Below are positions 1 through 12,196 of a stretch of DNA of 64,000 bases, piece by piece. Below the pieces are notes generated by a model. It saw nothing but the letters and a program-made list of their open reading frames with translations. It ran no database searches and was not told the origin of the DNA. Position 1 is the stretch's first letter, and every line of letters begins with the position of its first letter. The translations under genes and the position numbers were made by a program. Source of the stretch: Octopus sinensis (taxonomy: Eukaryota); assembly GCF_006345805.1 (NCBI RefSeq), contig NC_043024.1, forward strand, positions 10,602,001-10,666,000. The letters run 5' to 3'.

Positions 1-601
1 GACATTATGAACAGCCAATTTGATAGAAGTAACTATCTATAAAAAAGAGGCAGGTTAAATCATGATGTTAATTATCAGTTAAAGGGGCAAGACAAGAAGA
101 AACTTAAGATGCTGATACAAGGAAAACTTATTAGAGGCACGACGGGGGAACGTTTATAAACAATATTGTTTTGTTGTATAAAAATAAAATTTAAGAATTC
201 CAAAATGATATCATAACCGAAATAGCCAAAAGGTGAGTATGTTTCAATTATAAACTTTAAAAAGGAAGATTATGTAGATTCAGTTTAATAGCCATTTTTG
301 TGCTTAATTAACTAATCATTTGGTAGTTTCTATAAAGACTGCTCAAGGCACTGGCATATGGAGTGTCTGGAAAGATATACTTACTATCTTTTAATTTTAT
401 TAATTTTAAGCCGCGAATCAGAAGCGGGGTGTTGAGATAATGGTAATACACAGACATATTTAAGCAAAAATTATAAAATCTAAAGTAAAAAATACAAATA
501 CTCGAAAAATATGCGCTGATATAATTATATGTAAGGTGTAAAATAATGACTAGAGATACATATAAAAAGAGGGTCTTTATATTCTCTTTTATTTTTTTTT
601 T

Positions 602-703
602 CTCTTTTACTTGTTTCAGTCATTTGACTGCGGCCATGCTGGAGCACCGCCTTTAATCGAGCAACTCGACCCCAGGACTTATTCTTTTGTAAGCCTAGTA
701 CAT
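602..703 (-). mobile_element. SINE family A, 3' part (rest at 4599-4886)
   Basis: cttttacttgtttcagtcatttgactgcggccatgctggagcaccgcc matches the 3' end of intact family A copies at 16210, 31150, 34204 and 35214. Confidence 0.9.
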
Positions 704-3700
704 GTTAGTTAGTTAGTTAGTTAATTTGGCTCAAAAGCAAATAGCAAGGCCATGTAGGAGGACATGGAGTTAAGTACAGGGTGGCGCTCATGTAAAGAGT
801 TCAGGCCACTTGAGGTCAAGGGAGGCTTTGAACAAAGCGGTCGTCGGCATCTTCCCCATCTCGTCTGGCAGCTTGTTCCACCTCGTCTGGCAGCTTGTTC
901 CATCTCGTCTGGCAGCTCTCCTTCGATTGAGATGAAATCGTCGCAGGTAGAGCTTTTCGGAATGACCCCGCAGCCGACGCTCCGGAGCAGGAGTGAAGAA
1001 CAGCTCTTTCGAGAGGTTACACTTCCCGCTTATGATGTTGTGGGCGAGAATGAGATCACCACGGCGGCGGCGTTTTTCAAGAGAATAAAGGTCGAGCGTC
1101 CTCAGCCTTTCTTCGTAGGACAAATTTTTTAGACCATGAACCAGGCGGGTAGCCAGTCTCTGGACTCTTTCGAGGTGCTGTATGTCTTTGAGGAGATAAG
1201 GAGAAGAGGCTTGAATCCCATACTCCAATATGGGTCTCACCAGCGTGACATAGAGTGGCAGGAATATGGCTGCTGTGAGCACTCCGAATGACCGTCGAAT
1301 CAAAAACAGAATTCCGCGCGCTTTGTTGGCAGCATGGACGCACTGGGCCGAAGGCGAAAAGGAGGAATCCACCAAGATACCCAGGTCCTTTACCTGATCG
1401 GTCCTCTCCAGCAGCAGACGACCCGGCTCGAAATCAAGTTGAGTTGTAGGAGTAGAGCCAACAGGCAGATGACAGCACTTTGACACGTTCAGACACAGGT
1501 CCCAATCGTTAGACCACTTCCAAATTTGGTGGAGGCATCGACGAAGATCCTCTATACTACCGCGAGGAGCGACCAGTTTGATATCGTCGGCAAATAGAAG
1601 GGTGTGTTGCGTGAGGTCGTCGGGCAAGTCATTTATGAAGACGACAACAAGGGCCCAAGCACTGAACCTTGAGGCACGCCACTGCTCGCACTGGAGACGT
1701 CGGACCGCGAACCATTAACTTGAACTTGGAAGGAGCGATCTGAGAGGAAGGCACCAACCCATCGTACAATATCCGGATGGAAACTATATGCTTGAAGCTT
1801 GACAAGTAGTAGGCGGTGGTTTACCGAGTCAAAAGCTTTGGCAAAGTCCAATAAAACGATGTCAACAGCATCACTATCATCGAGGATGCGCGTCACTAAT
1901 TCTTCCATTACTAGTAAGTTGGTCAAGCATGATCTCTTCGGCACGAAGCCGTGTTGGGAATCATGATCGAGGCTGTGCTTAGGAGGTGGAGCATCATACT
2001 TTTCTTAAGGATGGTTCGAACATCTTGCTGATTATTGATGTAAGGGAAACCGGTCGGTAGTTAAGCGGGTCTTCGCGGCTCCCTTTCTTGAAAATTGGGC
2101 AGATTATCGCTGTTCTCCAGTCTGCAGGTATAACACCCGTCGCCAATGACATATTGAATAGTCGTGTTAAGGGCTCGCAGATGACCGGAGCCAACGCTTT
2201 GATAACCCGTGGGTGTATGCCGTCAGGGCCGTGACCCTTGTTGACATCGAGGCCTTGAATAACACGTTTGACTTGGTCCCGCGTGATGATCAATCGAAGC
2301 ATTGGAGGTACCGATCTATCAAATGGAGGGGGTTCACGACCATCATCTTGTTTGAAAATAGTTGAAAAAGCCTCGGCAAATAATTGACTCTGTTGATAAG
2401 GGTCCTCAATCGATACGCCTTTGAGTCTACCAATGTTACAATCTGGTTGTTCAAGCGGGAAAGAAGGTTTTTGGATTGCTACTGGCATTTGCCGCGATTT
2501 TGTATTCATAACTGAAGCGTTCTTTCTTTTCAATTTTCACGGCTCGGTCTCGTTGAGTTTTGTACACCTCAAAAGCTGCAGTCGAATCCAGATTTTTGAA
2601 TTCAGCCCAAGCAATATCTCTGAGTCGACGTTCTCGTTTAACCTTCTTCGTCACCCAGGGCTTGTGTTTCTTCCTCTTGGAAGTCCAACGGGAACTGCCT
2701 GGTCAATCAACAGATTACATATGCTTTGAGGGATGACCATAGTTCGTCAACTGAGGACAACGTCATCAGGGAACGCCAGTCCAGAAGCGCGGAAGCCTCG
2801 GTTAGAATTTCAAGATTAATTGCAGAGAAGACTCTACGTGGCAGCGAAGTAATCGTGGGCGTGGAAAAAGTTGTGTGCATGACGAACTTCAGGACCGCAT
2901 GATCACTCTTGGCAAGAGGGGCGCACACAGATACGTCTGACACTGATCTTGGATAGCGGGAGAATACCAGATCTAGCATAGATGGCTGCTGCCTTGTCGG
3001 ATATTCAACATGTTGCGATAGAAAACAATCTTCAGCCACGTCAAGAAGGGCCTGGCCGAACCGGGAAGATGTTGTACAAATTGATGCGGGCCAATCGATC
3101 ATGGGAGCGTTGAAGTCGCCTAGTACCAAGCAGTCATGCGAAGCTGAAACGAATCTTATCGCCTCGAGTAGATGAGCATCGTCCTGGGGGTCGGCTAGAG
3201 GCGGCCTGTAGACAGCCAACACGGGCAGGCAATAGACGGCATCGAATTTGGTTGTAGGTTGAGCATTTGTGGGTAGAATACCGCAGGACGGTTTGTGCTC
3301 AGACTTAACATACACAGCAACACCTCCACCTCGCCTTTTTCCTCTGTCACATCTGAAAAGGACGTAGCCCTGCAGGTAGATCTCTGAGTCCTTTACTGCT
3401 GGAGTCAGCCAAGTCTCGGTGATAGCTATCACATCAGGGGAGTCGCGTAGGGCCAGTGTAAATAGTTCACTGAACTTTGGGAATAAGGAGCACGAGTTGG
3501 TGTAGACGATGCTGAGCTGTGAAGTCTGAGGGGCGGGAGTTGGGGAACAAGCAGAATAAAGGGCATCAGAGATAGCATCGTTGACGGGGGTATCAACTTC
3601 ACTTCGATTTGCCCTCACATCACTTTCCCTGTCAGCACTACAGCATGGGACCAGAGGTAGGACTTGATTATCTGTCCATCTTGGATTCGTAAACCCTTCT

Positions 3701-4598
3701 CTCCCATTTGTTTCCTCATCTTTAGCTCGGATATCAGTTCCTCCGGCGAATTCTCTCTCTTAGTGAGTATTCCTCGCGAAAACCCATATTGGGGTCCTCC
3801 AGGCATGCGTCTGAGCTCTGTTCAGAAAGACTGAAGCCTCCCGATCAGAAGAAAAGATTACCCTTATTGGGCGTGGTCTAGTATCTGCGCGGTTGGGTTC
3901 GCTTGGAATCTTCCTAGCCGAGCGACCTTAAGAACACTGACATTTTCGTTCACAGAGAACAATTTTCCAACCAAAATGGAAACAAAATTAATGTCATCTT
4001 TTAGGCGGTTTATGCCTGTATCACAGGTGGATTCCGCTTTGCCATATATTATTGCCGATCTTGAGTGGGCAAAAAGTTCTCTACTATGAGCTGCGCGTAT
4101 TCGATCTTCGTTGGAGGATTTCGAAAGAGTGGTTTCATAGCCATCGGACTTATGTCGGCCTGTGGGGTCGATCGGAATGGATTTAGTGGTCATAATTTTC
4201 CCGCCTGGTTTGGACTGCACTGCCTCTTCTTCGGTTTGGGGGAGCACCACTCCCAGATGAACCCACATCGAGATCGTTCAGAATTGGTTGAGCAATGGCA
4301 TTAATGGGAAGGACAAGTGAAGGAGAATCCAAACAGATTTTTCGTGATCAGGTTTCATAGCCAAATCTGCCCCTCTGGAGTTTTGACTACGTTTCTTCTT
4401 TTGGGGAGAACAACGGTCTTCAGGTGGGTTTGAGTCTACGCTCCTCGAACTAGGTTGGGGAACCTCCGGGACCGAAAAGGCAGATGAGGAAGAATCCGCA
4501 CAGGAACGATCATGTGCAGGAACGACCGCCGGTTCCTTCGCCTTCTTTGGTCGCTTCGATTTTGTTCCCTTCGGTTTGGACGTCTCCAGGGAAGAAAT
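704..4598 (-). mobile_element. CR1-clade non-LTR retrotransposon (ORF1 + APE-RT ORF2), 5' UTR absent, 3' tail (TAAC)n
   Basis: APE, RT and C-terminal motifs occur in order across the minus-strand ORFs. The tail reads gttagttagttagttagtta at 704-723. The element splits one SINE into two halves, with CAT repeated at both junctions (701-703 and 4599-4601). Confidence 0.95.
788..3618 (-). pseudogene. CR1 ORF2 (APE endonuclease + reverse transcriptase), frameshifted as assembled
   Basis: APE motifs: YTNSCSL, DVIAITETWL, VLGDFNAP, LDLVF, SDH. RT motifs: YRPVSLTS, LDFAKAFDSVNH, GVPQGSVLGPLL, LFADDIKL. CR1-type C-terminus: LVRPILEYG, ERVQRLATR, RRRGDLI, LRGHSEKL. Split over ORFs 2707-3618, 2451-2654, 1994-2533, 1633-1944 and 788-1627. 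Confidence 0.95.
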
Positions 4599-4601
4599 CA
4601 T
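3615..4601 (-). pseudogene. CR1 ORF1 (probable RNA-binding/chaperone protein), frameshifted as assembled
   Basis: Pieces read AIIYGKAES, VLKVARLGRF, (shifted frame) RPRPIRVIF and ELKMRKQMGEKGLRIQDGQII, which resemble CR1/L2-type ORF1. The stop overlaps the ORF2 ATG (ATGA, 3615-3618). Confidence 0.75.
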
Positions 4602-4886
4602 ATTCTATCGGTTTCTTTTGCCGAACCGCTAAGTAACGGGGACATAAACACTCCAGCATCGGTTGTCAAGCAATGCTAGGGGAACAAACACAGACACACA
4701 AACACACACACATACATATATACGACAGGCTTCTTTCAGTTTCCGTCTACCAAATCCACTCACAAGGCATTGGTCGGCCCGGGGCTATAGCAGAAGACAC
4801 TTGCCCAAGATGCAACGTAGTGGGACTGAACCCGGAACCATGTGGTTTGTTAGCAAGCTACTTACCACACAGCCACTCCTGCGCCT
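4599..4886 (-). mobile_element. SINE family A, 5' and central part
   Basis: Resumes the SINE where 602-703 stops (cctagtac|atattctatcgg). It has a tRNA-like head with A-box-like GGCTGTGTGG and B-box-like GGTTCAGTCCC. Confidence 0.9.
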
Positions 4887-5372
<486 letters not shown>

Positions 5373-5942
5373 AAGTTCAGCAACAATTTAGATTCAAATG
5401 AATATGGTACTTAATTTAGATGCACCAGAATTTTGTATGGTGTTATCCATAAAAATTTGTGGGGTGATTATAATCAAAAATAAGCAACAAGAATGACTCG
5501 GCAATTTGGTACAATTGTTTCGCACTACAACATTTTATTAAAAGTTGTAAGTATTACAGCAGATTTAAGATGTTGAGTGATCTTCAGCCAATTATATGGG
5601 TTTTCCAGTAATACAAAAGCTTTTAAATCAAATAGTAACATTTTAGAGAAGGTAGATATACAGATATATATATATATATGCACACACACACACACACCAC
5701 ACACACACACCACACACACACACACCACACACATATATATATATGCATATATGCATATATATATATATATATAATACACAAATATTTATACGCTTATATG
5801 AATATAGTATAAGTATCTTGCATAGACCTAAGTAGCTGAAAAATATGAGTTTAAGAACAAGAAATATAACAATTTCAAAGGGATAAGAGATTAATAAGTA
5901 CAGAGATGAAAATAAGAAAACAAAATAACAAGAATTTGTAGA

Positions 5943-6050
5943 ATTTGACTGCGGCCATGCTGGAGTACCGTACTGAAGGGTTTTAATCGAATGAAACAAC
6001 CCCCAGGGCTTATTTTTAAGCCTAGAACTCATTCTATTGGTCTCTTTTGC
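5943..6050 (-). mobile_element. SINE family A 3' fragment, truncated at a perfect hairpin
   Basis: atttgactgcggccatgctggag ... ctattggtctcttttgc matches the family A 3' half. Confidence 0.75.
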
Positions 6051-6095
6051 CATAGGTTACATACATTTCTTATTAAGAAATGTATGTAACCTATG
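6051..6095. repeat. Perfect 21-bp-stem hairpin (3-nt loop)
   Basis: cataggttacatacatttctt-att-aagaaatgtatgtaacctatg. Confidence 0.95.
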
Positions 6096-7307
6096 TATAA
6101 AGAGGCAGGGGATTAAAATTAGAGGCAGGGAAGAGATAAAGGTAACCTGAAAAGAGGGGGTACTAGGTAGGGAAGTAGAGAGGGTAGTTACAGGTATTCA
6201 AACCAAAGAGGTTTTATGAGTTGTAATATTACAGGTGTTATTGTGTGTATGAATTTTTAGTTTCTAGGGAGTCTATGAATTAGTCAAAGGGAGACTTACT
6301 TTCAGAATTTACTACAAATATAAATAATATGACCAGTTGTGTACAACATCATAGAAAGGAAAATAGTGTAATCACCAAAATAAGATTAAATCTGACTAAC
6401 TAGGCAGGGGTTATCATGGGATAATTTATGATATAAATTGGACATGGGCGATCGTTGTATTCTTTCTTGTCTTGAGGTTCACAGCCAAACGGCTGAGTGG
6501 ATTCCCATGAATAATGGCACACATGTGGAGACGGGTGTATAGATTGGAATGCATTTTTTTTTCGTAACCCCTATACTTACCGAGAAAATCGATTAAAACC
6601 TTTTCTAATATAATTTCCCTCTTTCTTCCGCCATTAAAACAATCAGTTGCTCAGAAGCTGTTTTCTGACAAGGTTGGGGGAGTCAGGAAATTCTCATACA
6701 GTTGGAGGCTCCAATCGAAACAGGGGACCCGAAATGACAAGGTTGACAAACGCTGTTATAGATTATGTCTAACCGAAAACGATCACAGCCACATCATCCA
6801 AACAGATCGGGTGAAACCGGACTTAGCTGCTAGTATTATATATAGCACACCATATAACCAGCACTTAGCATATAATATATGTAATGTAATATAAGCCACC
6901 ATATAACATAATATCCCATAATTTTTATATTTTATACTGGAGAGTAAGTCTATAACAAATACGACACCGAAATTAATTCCCACCATCAAAGTTCAAGTAT
7001 AATAACTATAATTGTTAGTTTCGAAAATACTTAAATGTACGGGTGATGCGATGCATGCATGATGACCTTAGGTCTAATCTATTATTAATCAGGTTGATCT
7101 TGTCTCTATAATTAAAAATCTCATAATTTTCCATTGAGCAAAGCTCACACCCATATCGACTATCTCTATAAGGCTGCGCTCTCCGTATTATATCCTATTC
7201 AAGGCTAAATCAGGCCTCGCTATCTTTAAGTTCCCAAATCTTACCAGATAAAGACGTATTATTTGCTTTATGTTTGAATCTAAATGACATAGGTGTTACG
7301 TTCCTGT

Positions 7308-7462
7308 AACTAAACGGTTCGGCCAAAGGCACCGATGGAATAAGTGCCAAACTTGAAAAAATAAAAACAAAAAAGCAGCATCAGTTGATTTGTTCGACTA
7401 AAAATTTTCAGGGCGGCACCCCAGCATGGCCACAGTCCGATAACTGAAACAAGTAAAAGAAA
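7308..7462 (+). mobile_element. SINE family A, diverged 3' fragment
   Basis: ggcggcaccccagcatggccacagtccgataactgaaacaagtaaaag. Confidence 0.7.
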
Positions 7463-7924
7463 GGTACTAATAATAGCAATAACGTTCCTAAATACAATTG
7501 ATAGGGTTTGAGAGGGTCGTTTATTATCATATCTCAGTTTCTCATTTAATTAGGGTTAGATTTACTTCTCACACACCTATCACTAACATTAATATGCTTT
7601 TCAATCAAAATCTTGTGATAACTATGTCAAATGGGGAAGTGCTAGTTAAGTAGTGTTAGGAATATCCTTATTGTATTTGTAGTTACATTCAAGGTATGAA
7701 AAGGACCTTAGAGCTATTTACTACAAGTTGCTCTATGCGTTTCAGGTTGCGTTTGGAAATATTTGTTGTAAGGTCTCTTTTGTAGTAGGGAACCGTTTTA
7801 TTAAATAATTCTGCATATCATCATAGGTTAGACATACGATTTCTAATATCGTCACTTATACGTTTTATGACTGTCGACAGCCCAACAGTATGGACTACTT
7901 TTCTACTGTTCGTGTAAACAATGT

Positions 7925-7972
7925 ATGTACATGATTATTATATGTATGCGTATATATATATATATATATCTA

Positions 7973-8003
<31 letters not shown>

Positions 8004-9031
8004 ATATGATATAATATATATATATATATATTATCTGTATATATATGTATATGCATTTAATTAGTAATATGTATATGTATATATTATATATGTACACACA
8101 CATATATATGCACATAGCCACACACGCACATACATCTATACATATACGTATATATCGTATAAATACACATACATATATGTGCATATGAGAATGTATATAT
8201 ATGTGTATATATATATAAAAATATATATATATATATATGTATATATATGATATACATAATATATATATCTAATGACTCATATTATATATATATATATATA
8301 TAGATATATATATATGTATGCATGTATATGTTTGTGTATATATATATGTATACACACTCATATCATGTGAGTAAACGTGTATGTAATATAAATCTCTACC
8401 ATTCACTCTTTCCCTCTCTTTCTATATATATTCGTGTGAATGTGTTGTGTGTTGTGTCTGTCTGTGTGTACGTCATGTAAGGCTCTAACTCGTGCTTCGA
8501 TGACTCCATCATCAATGAAGCAAATATTCAATTTATTAAAACCCCATCATATACACCGTTATGTACATACATACATACAATTATATATACATACATGTAC
8601 ATAACTGATATATATATATATTATATAATATATATATATATATATAACCCTATATATGCATATATATGTATTATACAGATACATATGTGTATAAACATAT
8701 ATATAGGTATGTATATATATATATATATTATATATATATATATAGATCTATATATATATATATATATTATTTATATGTTGTATATGTAAGCATACATATA
8801 TATATATATTGTAATGTATATAATATATATATTTCATATATATATATATTATATCTAATATATATATATGACTGTGTATGTATGCACATATATATTATGT
8901 GTGTGTGTGTATATATACATACGTATATATATACATATATATATGTATATATGTATATGTATATGTGAATATATATATATATATATATATATATCTATTA
9001 TATACACACCACACATTATATATAGATATAT

Positions 9032-9068
<37 letters not shown>

Positions 9069-9125
9069 TGTATATATATGTCATATACACACACACATAC
9101 ATACATACACATATTATATATATGT
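7925..9125. repeat. Compound (TA)n/(CA)n/(TG)n microsatellite field
   Basis: Directly visible; it accounts for ORFs 7903-9228. Confidence 0.95.
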
Positions 9126-9471
9126 AGAAGAAAGGAAATATAAACTAGTTATCTGTTTACTTTCACCGGTATCCTTGACACTCCCCCACTCCAAGGCCAA
9201 GATCGTCGCCGCGAGGCCGCCGTCATAGCTACACTCATCATTACGATCATCATCATCATCATCATTATCATCATTATCCAGATCCTTCCTTCGCAGCTCC
9301 TTGTCCCCCTCCCCTCTTCTACTCCAACATCTCTACAACCACTAACATCCTCCACACCGGCTTCTTCGCCATCTACACCATCATCATCATCATCATCGTC
9401 ATTATTATTATTATCATCATCATCATCATCATCATCATCATCGACGCCATTATTGGAAATTATCATAACAT

Positions 9472-9571
9472 NNNNNNNNNNNNNNNNNNNNNNNNNNNNN
9501 NNNNNNNNNNNNNNNNNNNNNNNNNNNNNNNNNNNNNNNNNNNNNNNNNNNNNNNNNNNNNNNNNNNNNNN
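9472..9571. other. Assembly gap (100 N)
   Basis: Run of exactly 100 n; adjacency across it is unverified. Confidence 1.
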
Positions 9572-9697
9572 AAACAGACCAATAAAATAAGTACTAGGCT
9601 TACAAAGAATAAGTCCTCGGGTCAGTTTGTTCGACTAAAGGTGGTGCTCCAGCATGGCTGCAGTCAAATGACTGAAACAAGTAAAAGAATAAAAGAA
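9572..9697 (+). mobile_element. SINE family A 3' fragment
   Basis: ataagtactaggcttacaaagaataagtcc ... ggtgctccagcatggctgcagtcaaatgactgaaacaagtaaaag. Confidence 0.85.
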
Positions 9698-10059
9698 GAT
9701 ATATATACACCCACACATACATACATTTCTATATACACACACACACATGTGTATATAGGCACACACACACACATGCATGTACACACACACACATATGCAT
9801 ACATACAGAAATTGTAAGTGATTTCTATATTAGATATATATATAATCCACTATTTAAAGATATTGAGTGCTACAAACATTGGTTGAAATAAAGGTCAGAG
9901 ATACTTTACCCCTCACAGAAGCTATAGGGGTTACTCAGGAGTTTTGCAAGCCCTTCCTCACATTTCAAGTGTCACACAAGCGTTTGGCCCCTTAGTCTGA
10001 ATGTGGTGCAGGTACGACTTGCCTCTCGGTCACTTTTTCCTCTTTTCACTCTCAGTATA

Positions 10060-10175
10060 TTATGTTTGTCCACCGTAAATTAGGTTTGGTCAGTTTGTCA
10101 TACGACATACAAGATACTTGTCTGATTCAAGAGTGTCGGCTCAGACTCTTTGGTCATGTTGTGGGGTGTATGGTG
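10060..10175 (+). mobile_element. Probable RTE ORF2 C-terminal remnant
   Basis: Translates as RKLGL...IQECRLRLFGHVV, similar to the ERRLRWYGHV-type motif of the RTE copies at ~38.8 and ~47.9 kb. Confidence 0.35.
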
Positions 10176-10182
10176 TTAGCAA

Positions 10183-10282
10183 AGTCGACCTCGGCAGAAT
10201 TTGAACTCAGAACGTAACGGCAGACGAAATACGGCTACGCATTTCGCCCGGTGTGCTAACGTTTCTGCCAGCTCACCACCTT
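10183..10282 (-). mobile_element. SINE family B, 5' part
   Basis: Reverse complement of ggtgagctggcagaaacgttagcacaccgggcgaaatgc ... gagttcaaattctgccgaggtcgac. Confidence 0.85.
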
Positions 10283-10786
10283 AAATACTTCACATAATAT
10301 AAAAGAAATGAGTTAAAATTGTTTGGCATGGGTCACAGTGCCCTTTTATTAAAGTACTTTCTACCCCTAACTGTAGAACCTGGCTATGCTATCGCACTTG
10401 CATGCTAATTTCCCGAGCAGGCTGTTTTCAACAATATTTTTTTGTTTATCAATGGTAAAAGTTTAAAGTTACGTATTAGAAAAACATCTTTAAAAGTTTC
10501 AATGTCGACAAATTAAAATGTTCAAAACAGATAAATTTAGCATTGTGAATCAGAAGGGCAGGTGTAAGTTTAAATGTTCATACCTGTCAATAATATTAAA
10601 ACTGTATATCAATTTGTTTTGAATGTACAAAGTTCGTTAATTGCATATTTTTACTGTTCCATTTACAAAATGGATTTGTAACGTGCAAGTTAGTTGGTTG
10701 ATTTCTTTGTCTGAAAACCCTAGCTTATCCAGATTGTTACTTAGGCATTTAGACACAAAACCAAGTGCACAAATTATTATTACAAG

Positions 10787-11400
10787 ACGGTGAGCTGGCA
10801 GAATGGTTAGCATGCCGGGCGAAATGCTTAGAGGTATTTCGTCTGCTGTTACGTTCTGAGTTCAGATTCCGCTGAGGTCGAATTTGCCTTTCATCCTTTC
10901 AGGGTCGATTAAATAAGTACCAGTTACGCACAGAGGTCGATATAATCGACTTAATCCGTTTGTCTGTCCTTGTTTGTCCCCTCTGTGTTTAGCCCCTTGT
11001 GGGTAGTAAAGAAATAGAAATAGGTATTTCATCTGCCAATACGTTCTGAGATCAAATTCCGCTGAGGTCGACTTTGCCTTTCATCCTTTCAGGGTCGATT
11101 AAATAAGTACAGTTTCAGACGCACAGAGTCCATATAATCGACTTAATCCGTTTGTCTGTCCTTGTTTGTCCCCTCTGTGTTTAGGCCCTTGTGGGTAGTA
11201 AAGAAATAGAAATAGTATTTCATCTGCCAATACGTTCTGAGATCAAAAAAGACTGTAGGCGACTTTGCCTTTTTCCCTTTCGGGGTCAGTTAAATAAGTA
11301 CCAGTTACACACTGGGGTTGATATAATCTACTTAATCCCTTTGTCTGTCCTTGTTTGTCCCCTCTATGTTCAGCTCCTTGTGGGCAATAAGAGAAATAAC
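10787..11400 (+). mobile_element. SINE family B head-to-tail trimer (one tRNA-like head + three ~190-bp bodies)
   Basis: Bodies restart with gtatttcatctg at 11024 and 11215, each after ...aaagaaatagaaata(g). B-box-like GAGTTCAGATTCC is present. Confidence 0.9.
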
Positions 11401-11414
11401 AAATTATTATTGGT

Positions 11415-11795
11415 ATATGCATTCTGAGTTCAAATTCTACTAAGGTCAACTTTGCCTTTCATACTTTCAGGGTTGATAAATTAAGTACCAGTTGAGCACA
11501 GGGGTCAATGTAATTGATTGAAACCCTTCCACAAAATTTCTGACCTTGTGCCAAAATTTGAAACCGTTGTTGTTGTTGTTATTGCTATTAAGGTGGTGAA
11601 CTGACAGAGTTGTTAGCATGACAGGCAAAATTCTTAGTGGTATTCTATCCATCTTTACATTCTGAGTTCAAATTCCGCCGAGGTCGACTTTGCCTTTTAT
11701 CCTTTTGGGGGTTGATAAATTAAGTACAAGTCATGTACTGGGAGTTGATGTGACCAACTTACCCCTCCTCACAAATTCCAGGCCTTGTGCCTAGG
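11415..11795 (+). mobile_element. Two SINE family B variant copies (tail type ggccttgtgcc)
   Basis: The shared core gaggtcgactttgcctttcatcctt...aagtaccagt occurs twice. Confidence 0.75.
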
Positions 11796-11799
11796 ATCA

Positions 11800-12195
11800 C
11801 CTGCTGTGCTTGAGGAGACCTATTGAGTCAAGTATATCAACATCAAAATCAAATGGAAATTGTAGTTGTGATCCTCGTGCCGGTGGCACTTAAAAGGCAC
11901 CATCCAAACATGGCTGATGCCAGCACCGCCATGGCTGGCTTCTGTGCCAGTGGCACATAAAATGCACTAACCGATCATGGTCATTGGCAGCCTCCTCTGG
12001 CCCCTGTGCCAGTGGCATGTAAAAAGCAGCCACTACACTCTCAGAGTGGTTGGCATTAGGAAGGGCATCCAGCTGTAGAAACACTGCCAGATCAGACTGG
12101 AGCCTGGTGCAGCCATCTGGTTCGCCAGTCGTCAGTCAAAATCGTCCAACCTATGCCAGCATGGAAAGCGGATGTTAAACGATGATGATGATGAC
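11800..12195 (+). mobile_element. RTE 3' UTR-derived element (family C), (GAT)n tail
   Basis: gtgccggtggcac modules, ggttggcattaggaagggcatccagctgtagaaac and gcggatgttaaacgatgatgat; homologous to the UTR of the RTE at 37963-40834. Confidence 0.85.
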
Positions 12196-12196
12196 T

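Noticed and set aside
196-238. Possible exon ending at aaaag|gtgagt (232/233)
   Set aside because: Good donor, but no convincing acceptor or pyrimidine tract.
764-4304. Plus-strand ORFs 764-1132, 2421-2729 and 4065-4304
   Set aside because: Antisense shadows of the CR1 coding frames.
6568-6989. Open frame containing KRCYRLCLTE (loosely like Penelope GIY-YIG C-termini) and the hydrophobic minus-strand ORF 6783-6989
   Set aside because: No GIY/YIG or RT motifs nearby; the match is too short to support a call.
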